A stretch of DNA of 64,000 bases from Octopus sinensis (GCF_006345805.1 NC_043016.1:1364001-1428000), one strand, 5' to 3'. Shown: positions 1 to 13,185, counted from the first letter of the stretch. Notes: a model not told the origin generated them from the sequence alone. Translations and numbers: made by a program.

Positions 1-141
1 ACAAACTTACTTAAATATCGTTTAACGGAATATAATTAATATTTTTGTCAAAGTCTACGGACACGTGTTTTTGAGCTTCGCTTTAGCAACAAGATTAGTT
101 AATTAAGCAGAAACAAACACGGACAAAGTCATTTAAAGAGT

Positions 142-144
<3 letters not shown>

Positions 145-213
<69 letters not shown>

Positions 214-270
214 ATACATACATACATACATATATATATATACATACATACATACATATATATATATATA
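145..270. repeat. (TA)n/(TACA)n microsatellite
   Basis: Direct reading of the sequence. Confidence 0.95.
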
Positions 271-795
271 TACGATATAGTGTATATTTAAACACATACA
301 GAATCCACTTATAGGGATTCTACGCTTTAGAAAGAACAGCTAAGTTCTATTACCACACAAAAAATTGGGGACAAAATTGACAGGAATAAATTTGGAAATG
401 AAAAACATTTACCATCTAGTTTCCTGGACCAATTGGTTTCTAATCATGTTTTAGCGAGTCATGGAGAACTCACAAGGTTTGATTTTCTTCATCAGGTCCA
501 ACCTAGTGCTAAACATATCCACACGAGACAGAACAAGGCTACCAATCTCGAGCTAACTTTTCAAATTTACTGCGCAGACGCAGTCTTTCGTTGGCTACAA
601 TAAAAAAACCGCCAACTTATTAACCGAAAATTATCCAAAAACTTACAGTATTTAATCATATCAAAGGGAAATTGAATTTTTAAAAAATTAAAAACATTCA
701 ATTAAAATTTACATTTCCAGTGGTCTAACGCGTAAAAAATTTTACTCAAAAAGACTATATATTAGTCATACGATATAGTGTATATTTAAACACAT
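271..795 (-). mobile_element. Non-coding repeat element with a 27-bp terminal direct repeat (period 498 nt) and an internal hammerhead-like motif
   Basis: TACGATATAGTGTATATTTAAACACAT at 271-297 and 769-795; 271-417 recurs nearly identically at 62451-62595, and both copies directly follow (TA)n. Confidence 0.6.
421..500 (-). ncRNA. Degenerate type I hammerhead ribozyme-like motif
   Basis: Minus strand reads CUGAUGA (495-489), long stem II (AAUC/GAUU, GUGAGU/ACUCGC), GAAAC, palindromic stem III ACCAAUUGGU, GUC triplet. Stem I register and the base of stem II are imperfect. Confidence 0.5.
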
Positions 796-802
796 GATTC
801 AT

Positions 803-2615
803 GTCATGGATCGACTATCGTAAGGCGTACGATATGATCCCACATTCCTGGATTATGGAGTGTATGAAGCTATTTGGTATTGCATTGAATGTTCAGCGAT
901 TGCTAGGAAAAAGTAATGGCGAATTGGAGGACGGACCTAACAGCATACGGAAGAAGTGGAGGGATAATAGAAATTAGGAGGGGCATTTTCCAAAGGGACT
1001 CCCCACTGATCTTCGTATTGTGCTTCATAACACTAACACTGATTCTAAAGAAAGCAAAAGCTGGGTATGAATTCAAAAGACACCAACAAAATGTCAACCA
1101 TTTGTTATTCATGGATGACCTCAAACTTTATGGTAAAGATGAAGCCCTTGTCAGTTCCCTCGTTGATACAGTGTATACCTTCAGTGCTGACACCAGAATG
1201 GAGTTCGGACTGAGAAAGTGTGATGTATTAGTCTTGAAAAAAAGCAAAATTAAATGTATTGACAGGAGGTTATGAAGCAGATAGAAGGGACGGGTAATAA
1301 GTACTTGGGGATTTTGGAAATGGATAAATTGATGGAGAAAGTAATGACAGAAAAATTGAAGGTGAAGTACTTGCGCAGACAGAGACTGATCCTTAATTAA
1401 ACAGACGGAACAAGATTTAAGCTATCAATATCTGGGCGGTTTCACTCTTTATATATGGAGCAGGGGGGAATCGCATGGACAGTAGACGAACTAAATAGCC
1501 TAGGCAGAAAGACAAGGAAGTTGCTAAATAGATATGGGACACTCCACCAAAAAAATGACACAGACAGACTGTATGTACCAAGAAAAGAGGAGGAGGAGGA
1601 CTTATCGGATGCAAACACAGCATTAGAGCAGAAGAAAACAACGTAGCATGGTATGTAAAAAATGCCATAGAACTGCTATTATTAGAAGGTCAGGTTTGTG
1701 TAGGATGAAAGATTACGAAGATAAAGCACTGTTCAAACAATTGAAAACGAATGAAACCGAAAATAGGTGGGTAAAGAAAGGAATGTATGAAGAATTTCAT
1801 AGGAATGTTGAAGATAAGACAGACACAGAAAAGAGATGGCTGTGGATGACTAGCAGTGATTTAAAACAGGAAATGGAGGCTCTAGTCTGTGCTGGCCAAG
1901 AGCAAGCATTAAGAAGAAACTACATAAAATACAGAATGGACAACAAAGCAGAAAGTGATAAGTGCAGAATCTGTGGACAAAATGGTGAAACCGTATGGCA
2001 TATTACCAGCCAATGTACGTCACTAATCCAGAAAGAATATAAGAGACGTCATGATAATTTGGCAAGGATTGTCCATTAGACACTTTGCAACAAGTATAGA
2101 CTTAACAGAGCAAAAATGTGGTATGAATATATACACGAAGGCAGCTTCGAAAATGATAATGCAAAGATCCTGTGAGATTTTATGATTTAGTGCGACCATG
2201 AGATAGAGAATAAGAAGCCAAACATAGTCTTAATTGAGAAAGAAAACAGACTATGCTGGATCATAGACGTAGCATGCCCAGCTGACAACAGGGTATTCGA
2301 TAAGGAAGAAAGAAAAGTCGATAGATATGACAGGTTAGCTTGGGAGGTAAAACAGTTGTGCTCGATGAAAAAGGTGGCAGTAGTACCAATAATTGTGGGA
2401 GCCCAGGGAACAGTGAGTAAAAATATTGAGAAGTACCAGGAACAAATAGGGGCTGCAATAAGGGTGGAGCACTTGTAGAAAACAGCACTGCTTGAAACGG
2501 TTTGAATACTCCGGAAAGTGCTCGAAAAATAAGAGGTGTTACCTTAGTTCACTGGTAGTGAACAGCTGACACGCTATTACCTCTCCAGCGTTAGAAGCTG
2601 TTCAAAGGCAATGAT
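803..2615 (+). pseudogene. 5'-truncated, degenerate R4/Dong-like non-LTR retrotransposon (RT + CCHC + REL endonuclease), family 1
   Basis: WIDYRKAYDMIPHSWI (~812), RGIFQRDS, LFMDDLKLY, CRICGQNGETVWHITSQC, RRHDNLARIVH, KPNIVLIEK...IIDVACP; many stops and frameshifts. Confidence 0.88.
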
Positions 2616-2990
2616 AATAAACATAGAGGGGATAAACTGGGACAGGCAAAGGGTTTAAGTCGATTACATCGATTCCAGTGCACAACAGGTACTTATTTAA
2701 TCGAAGCCGCATGCTTCCGGGATCAATCCTACTGCGTGGAACCTTGGACATGTGTCTTCCAACAAAAACCTTGGATTTGGCGGGCGGAAACTGAAAGGCT
2801 ATAGCAGAAGACACTTGCCCAAGCTGACATGCAGTGGGACAGAGCTGGAATCTTACAACTTAACTACGCCTCTATATATGTATATATCTGAGTGTGTATG
2901 ACTTTGTGTCTGTGTTTGTTACCCACCACCACTGGACAACCGATGCTGGTGTGTTTAAGACCCCGTAACGTAGCCGTTTGTACTTCAAGG
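2602..2990. mobile_element. Cluster of SINE fragments
   Basis: Pieces match the SINEs at 9006-9540 (minus strand, 2602-2704) and at 7692-8108. Confidence 0.65.
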
Positions 2991-3669
2991 TTTTAGGTGA
3001 AAGATGACAACTCCTTAACATTGTGATAAAACACAAAAATTCATCTATTAAGGCTATATTTGGAGATGCAGAGGTTTGGAAACATTATCATTAAAAGAAA
3101 GTAGAGAATAGTAGATCAAGATGCAGATAGAGAACGCAATCGATGAATAATATTACGAGCTAGCAGTTGGAGAAAAAGTGGCTCTTAATCAAGAAGACTT
3201 TCATTGCAATGTTATCACTGCGCTGCAAGCTTGACATACACAACGACGCCGACATTCGTTTATATTTTCTCTTTTATCGAGGCACATATACACTCATAGT
3301 TAACCCAGCTCCAGGGGACTTTTGATATAATTATTTTCTGCAGTAACTCGTCCATCTTTTTGCAGAGAATGATATGTCCTTTCTGACTATTAGCGAAGAT
3401 GCCATTTTGTTTTCATAAGATTGAATGGTGTTTGAGAGAACTTGATAGATATCTCTAGCAGATAAGCCACAGTTAAAGACTCCATCAGTTGTAACATTGC
3501 CAAAATGTAACAGAAGTTTGTAAAGGTATCTTTTCAAGGTAGCTGTAAGACTTGTCCGAAAATCGCAACTATACTAGTTAAATGCACCCAGGAGCCACAT
3601 AACTGAACTCCATTTCAGGAGCGTAAGCCATTCATGCTGAAAATATCTTATCTGAAGCTTAAATATCTT

Positions 3670-4135
3670 TTATCTTTTATCATTTGACTGCAACCATGTT
3701 GGGATACCGCCGTAAAAGGTTTTAGTCGAACAAATCGATCCCAGAGCTTATATTTGTGAGCCTAGTACTTATTCAAACGGTTAATTATGCTGAACCGCTA
3801 AGTTACGGTACTGTAGACACACCAGCACCGGCTGTCAAACGGTGGTGGTGGTGGTGGGTTGACAAACATAGACGTGAAGACACACACACAAGATATATAC
3901 ATATATACAGGCGTAGCTATGTGGTAAGAAGACTGCTTCCCAACAATGGTACTGGTTTCAGCTCCACTGCGTGGCCCCTTGGGCAAGTGACATCTACTAC
4001 AGCCTTTCAGTTTCCGTGTGCCAACTCCACTCACAAAGCTTCTGTCGACCCGAGGCTATAGTAGAAGACATTTGCCAAAGGTTCCACGCATGTGGGTGGG
4101 AAGCAAACTTCTTACCACACAGCCACAGCAGCGTC
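3670..4135 (-). mobile_element. tRNA-derived SINE with CORE-like segment (CTTGGGCAAGT)
   Basis: Homologous end to end with the copies at 7692-8108, 52163-52550 and 56885-57330. Confidence 0.85.
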
Positions 4136-5872
4136 TATAGCACGATTTCTTTTCGTATGAGGTATAACCGACAGATTAGAGTTTCGAATTGATATTAGAA
4201 AAAGTTTCACGTTCACTTGCAAATAGACAGTTGTGTTGTATTAGCCCTTTTCTCTATTTCTAAAAGGAGGAATATGATTGAAGCATTCTTGTTTGAATTA
4301 ACCTTCCACGACAACTATAAACTGAGCGAATAAACAATTAAATAACAAAGATAAGCAATTTAAGAGGAAATTACAGGCCTGCCCTTTTGAATATGATACA
4401 TGTTTATGACTGATAAAAATGATGATTGAAAATGCAAAGAATTTAAGAAGTGTGACTGGCCAATACACAGCAGCAATTATATTCCCACAAGATAACACAA
4501 CTTTCAAAATAGTAGTTTCAAAACATACTACATTTTTCTTAATTTATAATACAATACACTTTCATTAGCTGCCAATGAAAGTTTGTAAAAATGACCACTG
4601 TCTCACAACCTATCGCTCTTTACTGTTATTATGATTTTTATCACGTGTTTCCGCCACTTTCTGTACTACAGTTGTTTAAATTATAAAAGTGCTTTCGTTT
4701 CTATTTTCTCATATATTGATACACACACACACACATACACACACACACACACATACACACACAGACATACGCACACATGTATTGTAGATATCGTTTTGTT
4801 TTGGCAGAAATAGTTACATTTATATTAGTGACAAATATACATTTATCCAGTTGCTTCATAGAGCAAAGATCGTGACACAGGTTCCACCTGGCGGGGATCA
4901 GTAGAGCACTAAGGCAAAGGATCAGAGATCGATAGGTTTATCACTATAACATCTACCGAAGTATAAGGTTGGCAATGAATGTTATTGAATGGCACGGCAT
5001 TACTTTCCGACAAACATGAGCAAACACAGATAATGCAGACTCCATCTTTTGACTTTAGTCTGTAAGTCTATGAGGCCTCTGGGATCAACTACAAAATATA
5101 TTCATCAATCGCATTCCATAGAATTATCACTGGCTATTCTGTGAGAGCAGCCGATAATCAAACGAGGTAGTTTTTCATCTGAGCCTTATGGGCGCCACTA
5201 GCGATCAGTCATTGCAAAGTAAACAAAACATCATCCACCTTTCTCTTTCCCCAACTCTCTCATTCTCATTCTTTCTATCTCAATTTCTCTCTCATGTGCT
5301 CCCACACGCACTCACTCTCTCCATTCGATCAACAATATGATCTTAAGTTAATTGCAAAGGCACAGAAGATAAGTTGGCAGAATATAATCGCATCATCAGA
5401 CAGAAAATCGTTCAGCCGCAAACTATACTTGTGTCAGCATTTTCATTCTAAATTCAACGTTATTGGCAACATTTCCGGTGATATAGTATTTTACATTTTG
5501 TTTGTTGCATTGTAAAGCTTCTAGTTACTGCCTATTGGGTGTTTGGAAATACTAAAACCTACCATTAAGTCAATATTAAAAGCATAGCGATTTTAAGAGA
5601 CTACTGTTCCAAAACCACTTTATTTATCTTTGAATTTTTTCCACACATTCAATTATCTGTAAATCGTTCGTTAATTTTAAAATGGCTTTCCTAAATAGAT
5701 AATACTGAAAGAGAAAAAAATAATATCAAGCAGAAAACGTGTTTGCATGCGCGTGTGTGAATGTGTACGAATATTATATACAAGTAAACACACGCTCACA
5801 CATGTGTGCATATATAAGCATACATACGTAAGCACAAATATGTACATGGATTAGTATTTATATTCACTTAGA

Positions 5873-5903
<31 letters not shown>

Positions 5904-6086
5904 TCACACACACACATATATACACACAGCCATATGTGTGCTTGTGTCTATATACTTAGACACACACACACACACACTCACTCACACACACACATACACA
6001 CAGCCATATGTGTGCTTGTGCTTGAATATATATATATGCACATACGTGTGTATGTAGGTGTGTGTGTATAAATAAACATACACGTA

Positions 6087-6117
<31 letters not shown>

Positions 6118-6119
6118 CT

Positions 6120-6435
6120 TTTATGTTTTATTTGTTTCAGTCATTAAATTGCGACCATACTTGGGCATCAACTTGAAGAATATGTAGTCGAATGAATCGA
6201 CCCCAATACTTACCAAGCAGGTTGTGGGGGAAGAACAAACGCAGACAGAAAGGAACATACACACACCCCCACATATATATGACCAGCTTCTTTCAGTTTC
6301 CGTCTACCAAATCCACTCACAAGGCTTTGGTCGCTCCAAGGCTATAGTAGAAAACACTTGCCCAAGGTGCATGCAGAGGGACTGAACCTGGAACTATGTA
6401 GTTGAAAACTAGCTTCTTACCAGACAACCGCATTA
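6120..6435 (-). mobile_element. Internally deleted CORE-like SINE
   Basis: Head and tail match 7692-8108; part of the middle is missing. Confidence 0.8.
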
Positions 6436-6779
6436 GTGTCTATATATGCGTGTATGTGTTAATGGAAATGAGTTATCTATATGTGGTGTACCTCGAATGT
6501 AAATACACACAAACACACATATTAAGGTGGAGAGAGAGATATATTTGTTTATTAATAACCAAATAAACTCAAACATTTTCTACACAACTGGAAGACCATA
6601 AAATTAAAATATACAAAAGTCATGTTGCATATATAAAAAAAGAAAATACAAAACCACAAAAAATGACTTTTATTCAGGAATTCCATAAGAAAAATATGCA
6701 TATATACAAACAAGAATGCATACATAAATGCATTCGCACATACACATGTGCGTGCATAAATACATGTGTCTACGTCTGC

Positions 6780-6954
6780 TATGTGATGTATATATATACA
6801 TACATATATATATATATCCTTACAAATATACGCTATAGATACATACATATACACACATGCATCTATTTGTATCTCCCATTCTCTCTGTATAAGTTTACGG
6901 GTGTGCGTGCCAGTGTGAGTGAGTAAATATAGTCATATATATATATATATATAT

Positions 6955-6993
<39 letters not shown>

Positions 6994-7049
6994 CTGATAT
7001 ATAAATACATACATACATACAAACATGCATTCGTAGATACATACGTACA

Positions 7050-7098
<49 letters not shown>

Positions 7099-7507
7099 AT
7101 ATATATATATCTATATATAATATATATATATGTATATATAATATATATATAAAAGCTTGCACACACATTCTGTACAGATACGTATATACACAGATATATG
7201 CATATATTTGCATTTCCCTATCAACATGTATATGTGCATGTGTGTTTGTGTATGTGAGTGTGTGCGCGTATGTATGTACGTATATATATATATGGCGACT
7301 GAAGAAGGGGAATTTTTCTTGTGTTATTTGTCGTGTACTCTATGTTTTGTTGTTTAAGAAAAATGTCCAGTTCCTTGTTTTTGTTTTATGTTTTCGTTTC
7401 TCATTGTGTTCGTCGTTTTTTTTTTGGTGTCCTGTACCCATATATGCGTGTATATATATATATGTAAAGGTAGGTACGTACATATATGTATGTATATATG
7501 CATGTGT

Positions 7508-7561
<54 letters not shown>

Positions 7562-7649
7562 TGTGGATGTAATTGTAGATATAGATCTGTACGGGAATAA
7601 ATAAATACATACATGGATATATTTTATATCTGTATATGTGTGTGCGTGC

Positions 7650-7690
<41 letters not shown>
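6780..7690. repeat. (TA)n/(TG)n/(CATA)n low-complexity tract
   Basis: Direct reading of the sequence. Confidence 0.9.
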
Positions 7691-7691
<1 letters not shown>

Positions 7692-8108
7692 TTTTCTCTC
7701 TTTTACTTGTTTCAGTCATTTGACAGCGGCCATGCTGGAGCACCGCCTTTAGTCGAGCAAATCGACCCCGGGACTTATTCTTTGTAAGCCCAGTACTTAT
7801 TATATCGGTCTCTTTTGCCGAACCGCTAAGTGACGGGGATGTAAACACACCAGCATCGGTTGTCAAGCAATGCTAGGGGGACAAACACAGACACAAAAAC
7901 ATATACACACACACTTATATATATATATATACATACATATATACGACAGGCTTCTTTCAGTTTCCATCTACCAAATTCACTCACAAGGCATTGGTCGGCC
8001 CGGGGCTATAGCAGAAGACACTTGCCCAAGATGCCACGCAGTGGGACTGAACCCGGAACCATGTGGTTGGTTAGCAAGCTACTTACCACACAGCCACTCC
8101 TGCGCCTA
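7692..8108 (-). mobile_element. Full-length tRNA-derived CORE-like SINE (OR-type octopus SINE-like)
   Basis: Minus strand: GGCGCAGGAGTGGCTGTGTGG (A-box region), GGTTCAGTCCC (B-box-like), CATCTTGGGCAAGTGTCTTCT (CORE-like), internal microsatellite, tail ending GACTGAAACAAGTAAAAGAG. Confidence 0.85.
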
Positions 8109-8132
8109 TATATATATATATAGGTATATAGA

Positions 8133-8134
8133 TT

Positions 8135-8195
<61 letters not shown>

Positions 8196-8212
8196 GTAGA
8201 TAGATAGATAGA
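8133..8212. repeat. (GATA)n microsatellite
   Basis: Direct reading of the sequence. Confidence 0.95.
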
Positions 8213-8319
8213 TGCTTACACACAGAGCATAGAGACCTATATATTCGAATATATGCATATATTTTTATCCCTCTCTATATATGTATGTGTGTAAGTGCAT
8301 GATAAAACACCTAACAAAA

Positions 8320-8500
8320 ACGTTTAGCAGCATTTGCTTAGGACGTTTACGTTCCAAGTTCAAATGCTGTCGTGGTCGATTTTCCATTTCTTCCTTTCGG
8401 AGTTGATAAAATAAGTACTAGTTAAGTACCGTGGTCCATGTAATCAACTCCCAACTCTGCTTAAATTTGCTGGTTTTGAGTCAAGATTAGAAAGTGTTAT
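8320..8500 (+). mobile_element. Degenerate SINE of the 9006-type family
   Basis: GTTCAAAT...TTCCTTTCGGAGTTGATAAAATAAGTAC... Confidence 0.65.
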
Positions 8501-8684
8501 TATTACACTTAGAGTATTGAACGCAGTGTCGTTGGTAACACATATATCCCATTCCTGACATTTTTCTATTAATTCCCATTCGGGGTCTATATCTACTTGT
8601 TAAATCTAAATATAATTTATATCTGATACCAGACTATTAGAAAACGTTGTATGATGCATCAGACATCTAGGCAGACTTTTTAAA

Positions 8685-8902
8685 AACTGATTTCAAATTT
8701 TAGGCACAACCCCAGCAAATTCGGGGTAGAAGCTAAGTCGATTACATCGATCTTAGTGCTCAACTGGTTCTTATTTTATCTACCCCAAAACGATGAAAGA
8801 CAAAGTTGACATCGGAGGAATTTGAATTCAGAACGTAAATATAGGCAGAATACCGCTGATCATTTTGCCAGGCGAGCAAACGATTCTGACAGCTCTCCGC
8901 CT
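8685..8902 (-). mobile_element. Degenerate SINE of the 9006-type family
   Basis: Reverse complement matches the head and body of 9608-9810. Confidence 0.7.
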
Positions 8903-9005
8903 TCTCTAAAGTTACCAGTAGGCGGCTACAGAGAATCGAACCCTGTAACTCTAACATACCGACTGAGCGCTCTCTGACAGGCTGTTTTAATATTATTACT
9001 AATTA

Positions 9006-9540
9006 GGGCGCGAGCTGGCAGAATCGATAGGACGCCAGGCAAAATGCTCAGCGGTATTTCGTCTGCGTTACGTTGTGAGTTCAAATTCCGCCGAGGTCGA
9101 CTTTGCCTTTCATCCTTTCGGGGTCGATAAATTAAGTACTGGGGTCGATGTAATCGACTTAATACCTATGTCTGTCCTTGTTTGTCCCCTCTGTGTTTAG
9201 CTCCTTGTGGGTAATAAAGAAATAGGTATTTCGTCTGCATTACGTTGTGAGTTCAAATTCCGCCGAGGTCGACTTTGCCTTTCATCATTTCGGGGTCGAT
9301 TAAATAAGTACCAGTTACGCACTGGGGTCGATATAATCGACTTAATCCGTTTGTCTGTCCTTGTTTGTCCTCTCTGTGTTTAGCCCCTTGTGGGCAATAA
9401 AGAAATAGGTATTTGGCCCGTCTTCACGTTCTCAGTTCAAATTCCATTGAGGCCGACTTTTTTTTAACACTGGGGTTAATTTAATCGACTTGTCCTCTTT
9501 CCCGAACATGATAGCCTCGTGCCAGAATTTGAAATTAATG
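9006..9540 (+). mobile_element. Head-to-tail trimer of a tRNA-derived SINE (Meta-domain-like body GCCTTTCATCCTTTCGGGGTCGAT)
   Basis: A box TGGCAGAATCG, B box GAGTTCAAATTCC; units 9006-9224, 9225-9407 and 9408-~9540; units 2 and 3 lack the A-box head. Confidence 0.85.
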
Positions 9541-9607
9541 TTAATGCTAACTAGCAGTGAGTTGGTAGAATTGGTAGAGCATTGAGTGTAGTTATTCATT
9601 TATAAAT

Positions 9608-9810
9608 ATAGCGGCGAGCTGGCAGAATCATTATCATGCCGGGCTTATCAGCATTTCATCCGTCTTTACTATTCTGAGTTCAAAATCCACCGAGATTGAC
9701 TTTTCATTTATTTCAGGTTGAAAATAAGTACCAGCTGAGCACTGGGGTCGATGTAATCGATTTACCTCCTCTAAAATTCCTGGTCTTGTGTCAAAATTTG
9801 AAACCAATAC
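9608..9810 (+). mobile_element. tRNA-derived SINE, same head and body, alternative tail
   Basis: GCGGCGAGCTGGCAGAA...GAGTTCAAAATCC...tail CTTGTGTCAAAATTTGAAACC. Confidence 0.8.
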
Positions 9811-11159
9811 TTCTACTTGTTCTTCCATCAATACTACTGGTTACATGGGGAGGAAAGTTAATTAAGGAAGGATATCAACTCAGAATATGGAGAAATTAAG
9901 TTAAGTCAAATATTACAATCAATATGTAGATCATTACCATTTCTTCATTTAATCGATCTTTGATACATGAAAGCCTTAAATTGATCACGATGGGATTTGA
10001 ACGCGTAATGTGAAAGAACGAATGTAAATATAGTAAATTCTACCTCGGCGTCCTTCCACAACCATGCTGCTATGATCCAGTATAATATTCGTTAAAATAT
10101 AAATGAAACAAAATATATAGAACTGTCCTTTATAAGACAGGCGGCAGGCGTATGCTATGAACAATACATGGATCAGCTGACAAAATCAAAAATGGCTGTC
10201 TTGGCAGGAGTTGTATTTCTATTAGAAAAGAATTCAGTGGCTTATCGATTAGATTAACGGAGGTAACCCAATAAACTACTAAATCCAATTTCCAAATATT
10301 ATTATCCCTAAACGCTACGGTTATTCCTAACGTTTCTGGTTTTCCGTTTGCACCAGAACCAGACATTCTACCCGTTCTATTGACTGTTAGTTATTTTACC
10401 AACAATATATCTCATTAGTTGAAGAAAGAACTAATATCCGTTAACAGCTAGCTTGATGCAATCGAGATCGGTTTTGAATGATAATTACTCTTATTATATT
10501 ACTGTCGAGATATGGACTGACAGCGCTCCCTTTCAAATATTGATTTTGTTTGTTTGACTTTTTTCTTTTTCATCGTTTTCAGCTTTTCATCATAAAACAA
10601 TTATTAGCCAGTCTATTGAAATCAGAATGGGGCCTTCACTTTAAAAAATCACGTATTAGGAAACATAAGAGAACCAGCTTCGTGACTCCATATCCACGTC
10701 GTTCGCTTCATGGATATCGTTATAAAATCACTGACTCATAATTGCATCTTTTTTACAAAGCATGTCTGCTTTCTATAGACTGTATGAGTACATCTATGTG
10801 TCTGCATTTAGATGTATATGTATGTATTTGTATTTGCGTGTGTGTGAATGCATGCGTGTTTTTCTGGCGATTTTAGATTTTTGCTCTGATTTTTAATTTG
10901 TATTTTAGAATCGAAGATGTTTTTTTATTTCTGATGGTGGACGAAAACTGGATCTTAAAGTCATATTTGAAAATTAATTTACTGCCCTCCTTCCTTTTTC
11001 CAGCAACGTCCAAAGAAAAGCAATAAAAAATAACTATCGTTAGAGACGTGCTCTAAATATGTGTAAAATGTACGGCTACGAAAATATACAGATTATGAAA
11101 ATTATAATTGCTTCTCTTAACAAGCGCTCGAGTTTCATTGTCCTGCATAAAGATTAAAG

Positions 11160-11314
11160 GATACCAGACAAGATACCTATACCTGGATATATCTCAGTCA
11201 ACAACGACTCCCTGCTTGAATGGGCCAGGATAACACAAAATTTGACTTTAAATGGTTTAACAGATACACACGACATAGCCTAGACGAATCTTTTGCTGAA
11301 ACATATCTAAGTTC
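11160..11314 (+). mobile_element. 3'-end remnant of a CR1-group-like LINE
   Basis: Translates IPDKIPIPGYISVNNDSLLEWA; related to 17730-17892. Confidence 0.5.
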
Positions 11315-11457
11315 ATTATTTGAAGGATATTTGCCCTTATCCTGTTTGTTGTTAACACAACGTTTCGGCTGATATACCCTCGTCTTCATCAGGTGTCTTG
11401 GGGAAATTTCGAAACTGGGTTCTCATTCCTAAGGTATTATTTTTCGATGTTCCTGCT
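11315..11457 (-). mobile_element. Penelope-like terminal repeat carrying a minimal hammerhead motif
   Basis: Homologous to 17168-17256 in the opposite orientation. Confidence 0.65.
11355..11397 (-). ncRNA. Minimal (dimer-type) hammerhead ribozyme motif
   Basis: GACAC-CUGAUGA-A...CAGCC-GAAAC-GUU-GUGUU: stem I GACAC/GUGUU, palindromic stem III AACGUU, GUU triplet. Stem II is decayed in this copy but intact (GGCUG/CAGCC) in the 17224 copy. Confidence 0.6.
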
Positions 11458-11458
11458 A

Positions 11459-11513
<55 letters not shown>

Positions 11514-11549
11514 TACTATTACTATTACTATTGCTATTGCTATTATTAT

Positions 11550-11635
<86 letters not shown>

Positions 11636-11640
11636 TTATT
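11458..11640. repeat. (TTA)n/(TAC)n microsatellite at the 3' flank of the minus-strand Dong element
   Basis: Direct reading of the sequence. Confidence 0.95.
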
Positions 11641-12995
11641 TTTATAACGTGTTTTCACTTCACTATCGAGCGCAGCTCTGTGTGCCTTGGGTATGTGCTG
11701 TGGTTTGGTTTGATGCTTTGATGGTTACTGTATTGAAAGTGTTTTGCGTAGGATGTGTAGAAGTGCTATTTTCTGTATGTTATATATATTTGTAAGTGCT
11801 GGTGATTTTGTTATGTATGCGTCTGAATATTATTATCATACCTAATGCGCCTACTATCATAGGAATTGTTTCTGATTTTAGATTCCACATTCTGGTTACC
11901 TCTGTTTCCAGGTCTTTGTATTTTGAAAGTTTCTCTATTTCTTTTAGAGAAACGTTGTCATCTGCAAGTATCGATACATGAACTAGAAAGCATTTTTTCT
12001 TCATGATCTCTGACAACCATATCGGGCCTATTGGCCTTAATTTCTCAATCTGTGTGTATCGGCATATCCCAGAGTATGGTTGCTTTCTCATTTTCTGTGA
12101 CCTTTTCTGGTGTGTGCCTATACCATCTTTTTTCTGTTGTTATTCCATGATGTTGGCATAGCTTCCAATGTATGTAGGTTCCAACTCTGTCATGTCTGTG
12201 AATGTATTCCTTCTTAGCCAGGACTGGGCAGCTAGAGATAATATGATTTATTGTTTCTTGTTCATCTCCACATATTCTGCAGTTACTTGTTATATTTCTT
12301 GTCATTACATGTTTTTGGTAATTTCTGGTGGGGAGGATTTGGTCTTGTGCAGCAATTAAAAACCCCTCCGTCTTTGCTTTGAGTCCTGACCTTCTCAAAC
12401 ATTGCTGTGATTTTTTGTCTACTTCTTTTGCATTTAGTTTAACCCCGTATTTTCCATGAAGAGTCTTTTCTTGCCATCGTTTTATCATGGTTCGTTGCTG
12501 TTCTAGTTTTAGTTTTGATTTCATTTGTTTTATAGCTTTTGTTGTTTCGTCTTCTTCTTCATATTTGTTAGATAGTATGATTTCTTGTTTGTATTTGTCA
12601 GCTTCCTTAAATACTGAGAACAGTTTTTTGTGTTTTGCTCGTGTTTTGCCGCTATTTGTATCACTTTTCTTTGCTTCTGAAGTAGATATTTTTGCAGTCC
12701 TACGGTGGTTATTTTATAGCAGTTTTCCAGCTGTATAAGGCATCTACCACCTTCTATAGGTTGTATATATAGCCTTTCTATGTCATATTTTGGGTGGTGC
12801 ATCCTAGATCCTGTCATTATTTTTCTTGTTTTCCTGTCTATTTTGGTCAGTTCATTTAGTGTCCAGGTAAGGATATTGTAGCTGTAACTTATAACTGGGA
12901 CGGCTAAAGTGTTGATACCTATTATCTTGTTTGTAGCATTGAGCTCTGTTTTTAGTATTGATCTCACTCGTCAATAGTATTCTTTCTTTATTTTC
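11641..12995 (-). pseudogene. 5'-truncated R4/Dong-like LINE, family 2
   Basis: CRICGDEQETINHIISSCP, HRHDRVG, LWDMPIHTD, ADDNVSLKEIEKLSKYKDL; close homolog of 15750-17133. Confidence 0.9.
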
Positions 12996-13015
12996 TTCTT
13001 CTTCTTCTTCTTCTT

Positions 13016-13046
<31 letters not shown>

Positions 13047-13052
13047 TTATTA

Positions 13053-13095
<43 letters not shown>

Positions 13096-13185
13096 TTCAT
13101 CAACCTTAATAATAATTATAATAATAATAAAAATAATAATAATAATAATATAATAATAATAATAATAATAATATAATAATAACAA
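12993..13185. repeat. (TTC)n-(TTA)n / spacer / (TAA)n: inverted trinucleotide tracts
   Basis: Strand polarity of TAA flips around the short spacer at ~13096-13108. Confidence 0.9.

Noticed and set aside
6552-7866. Many ORF-track entries rich in IY/YI/HT/CV (also at 40-41, 49, 53, 56-57 and 61-62 kb)
   Set aside because: Translations of (TA)n, (CA)n and (TATC)n microsatellites; no coding signal.
10925-10960. CTGATGGTGGACGAAAAC hammerhead-like words
   Set aside because: No stem II or stem I pairing, and A9 is absent.
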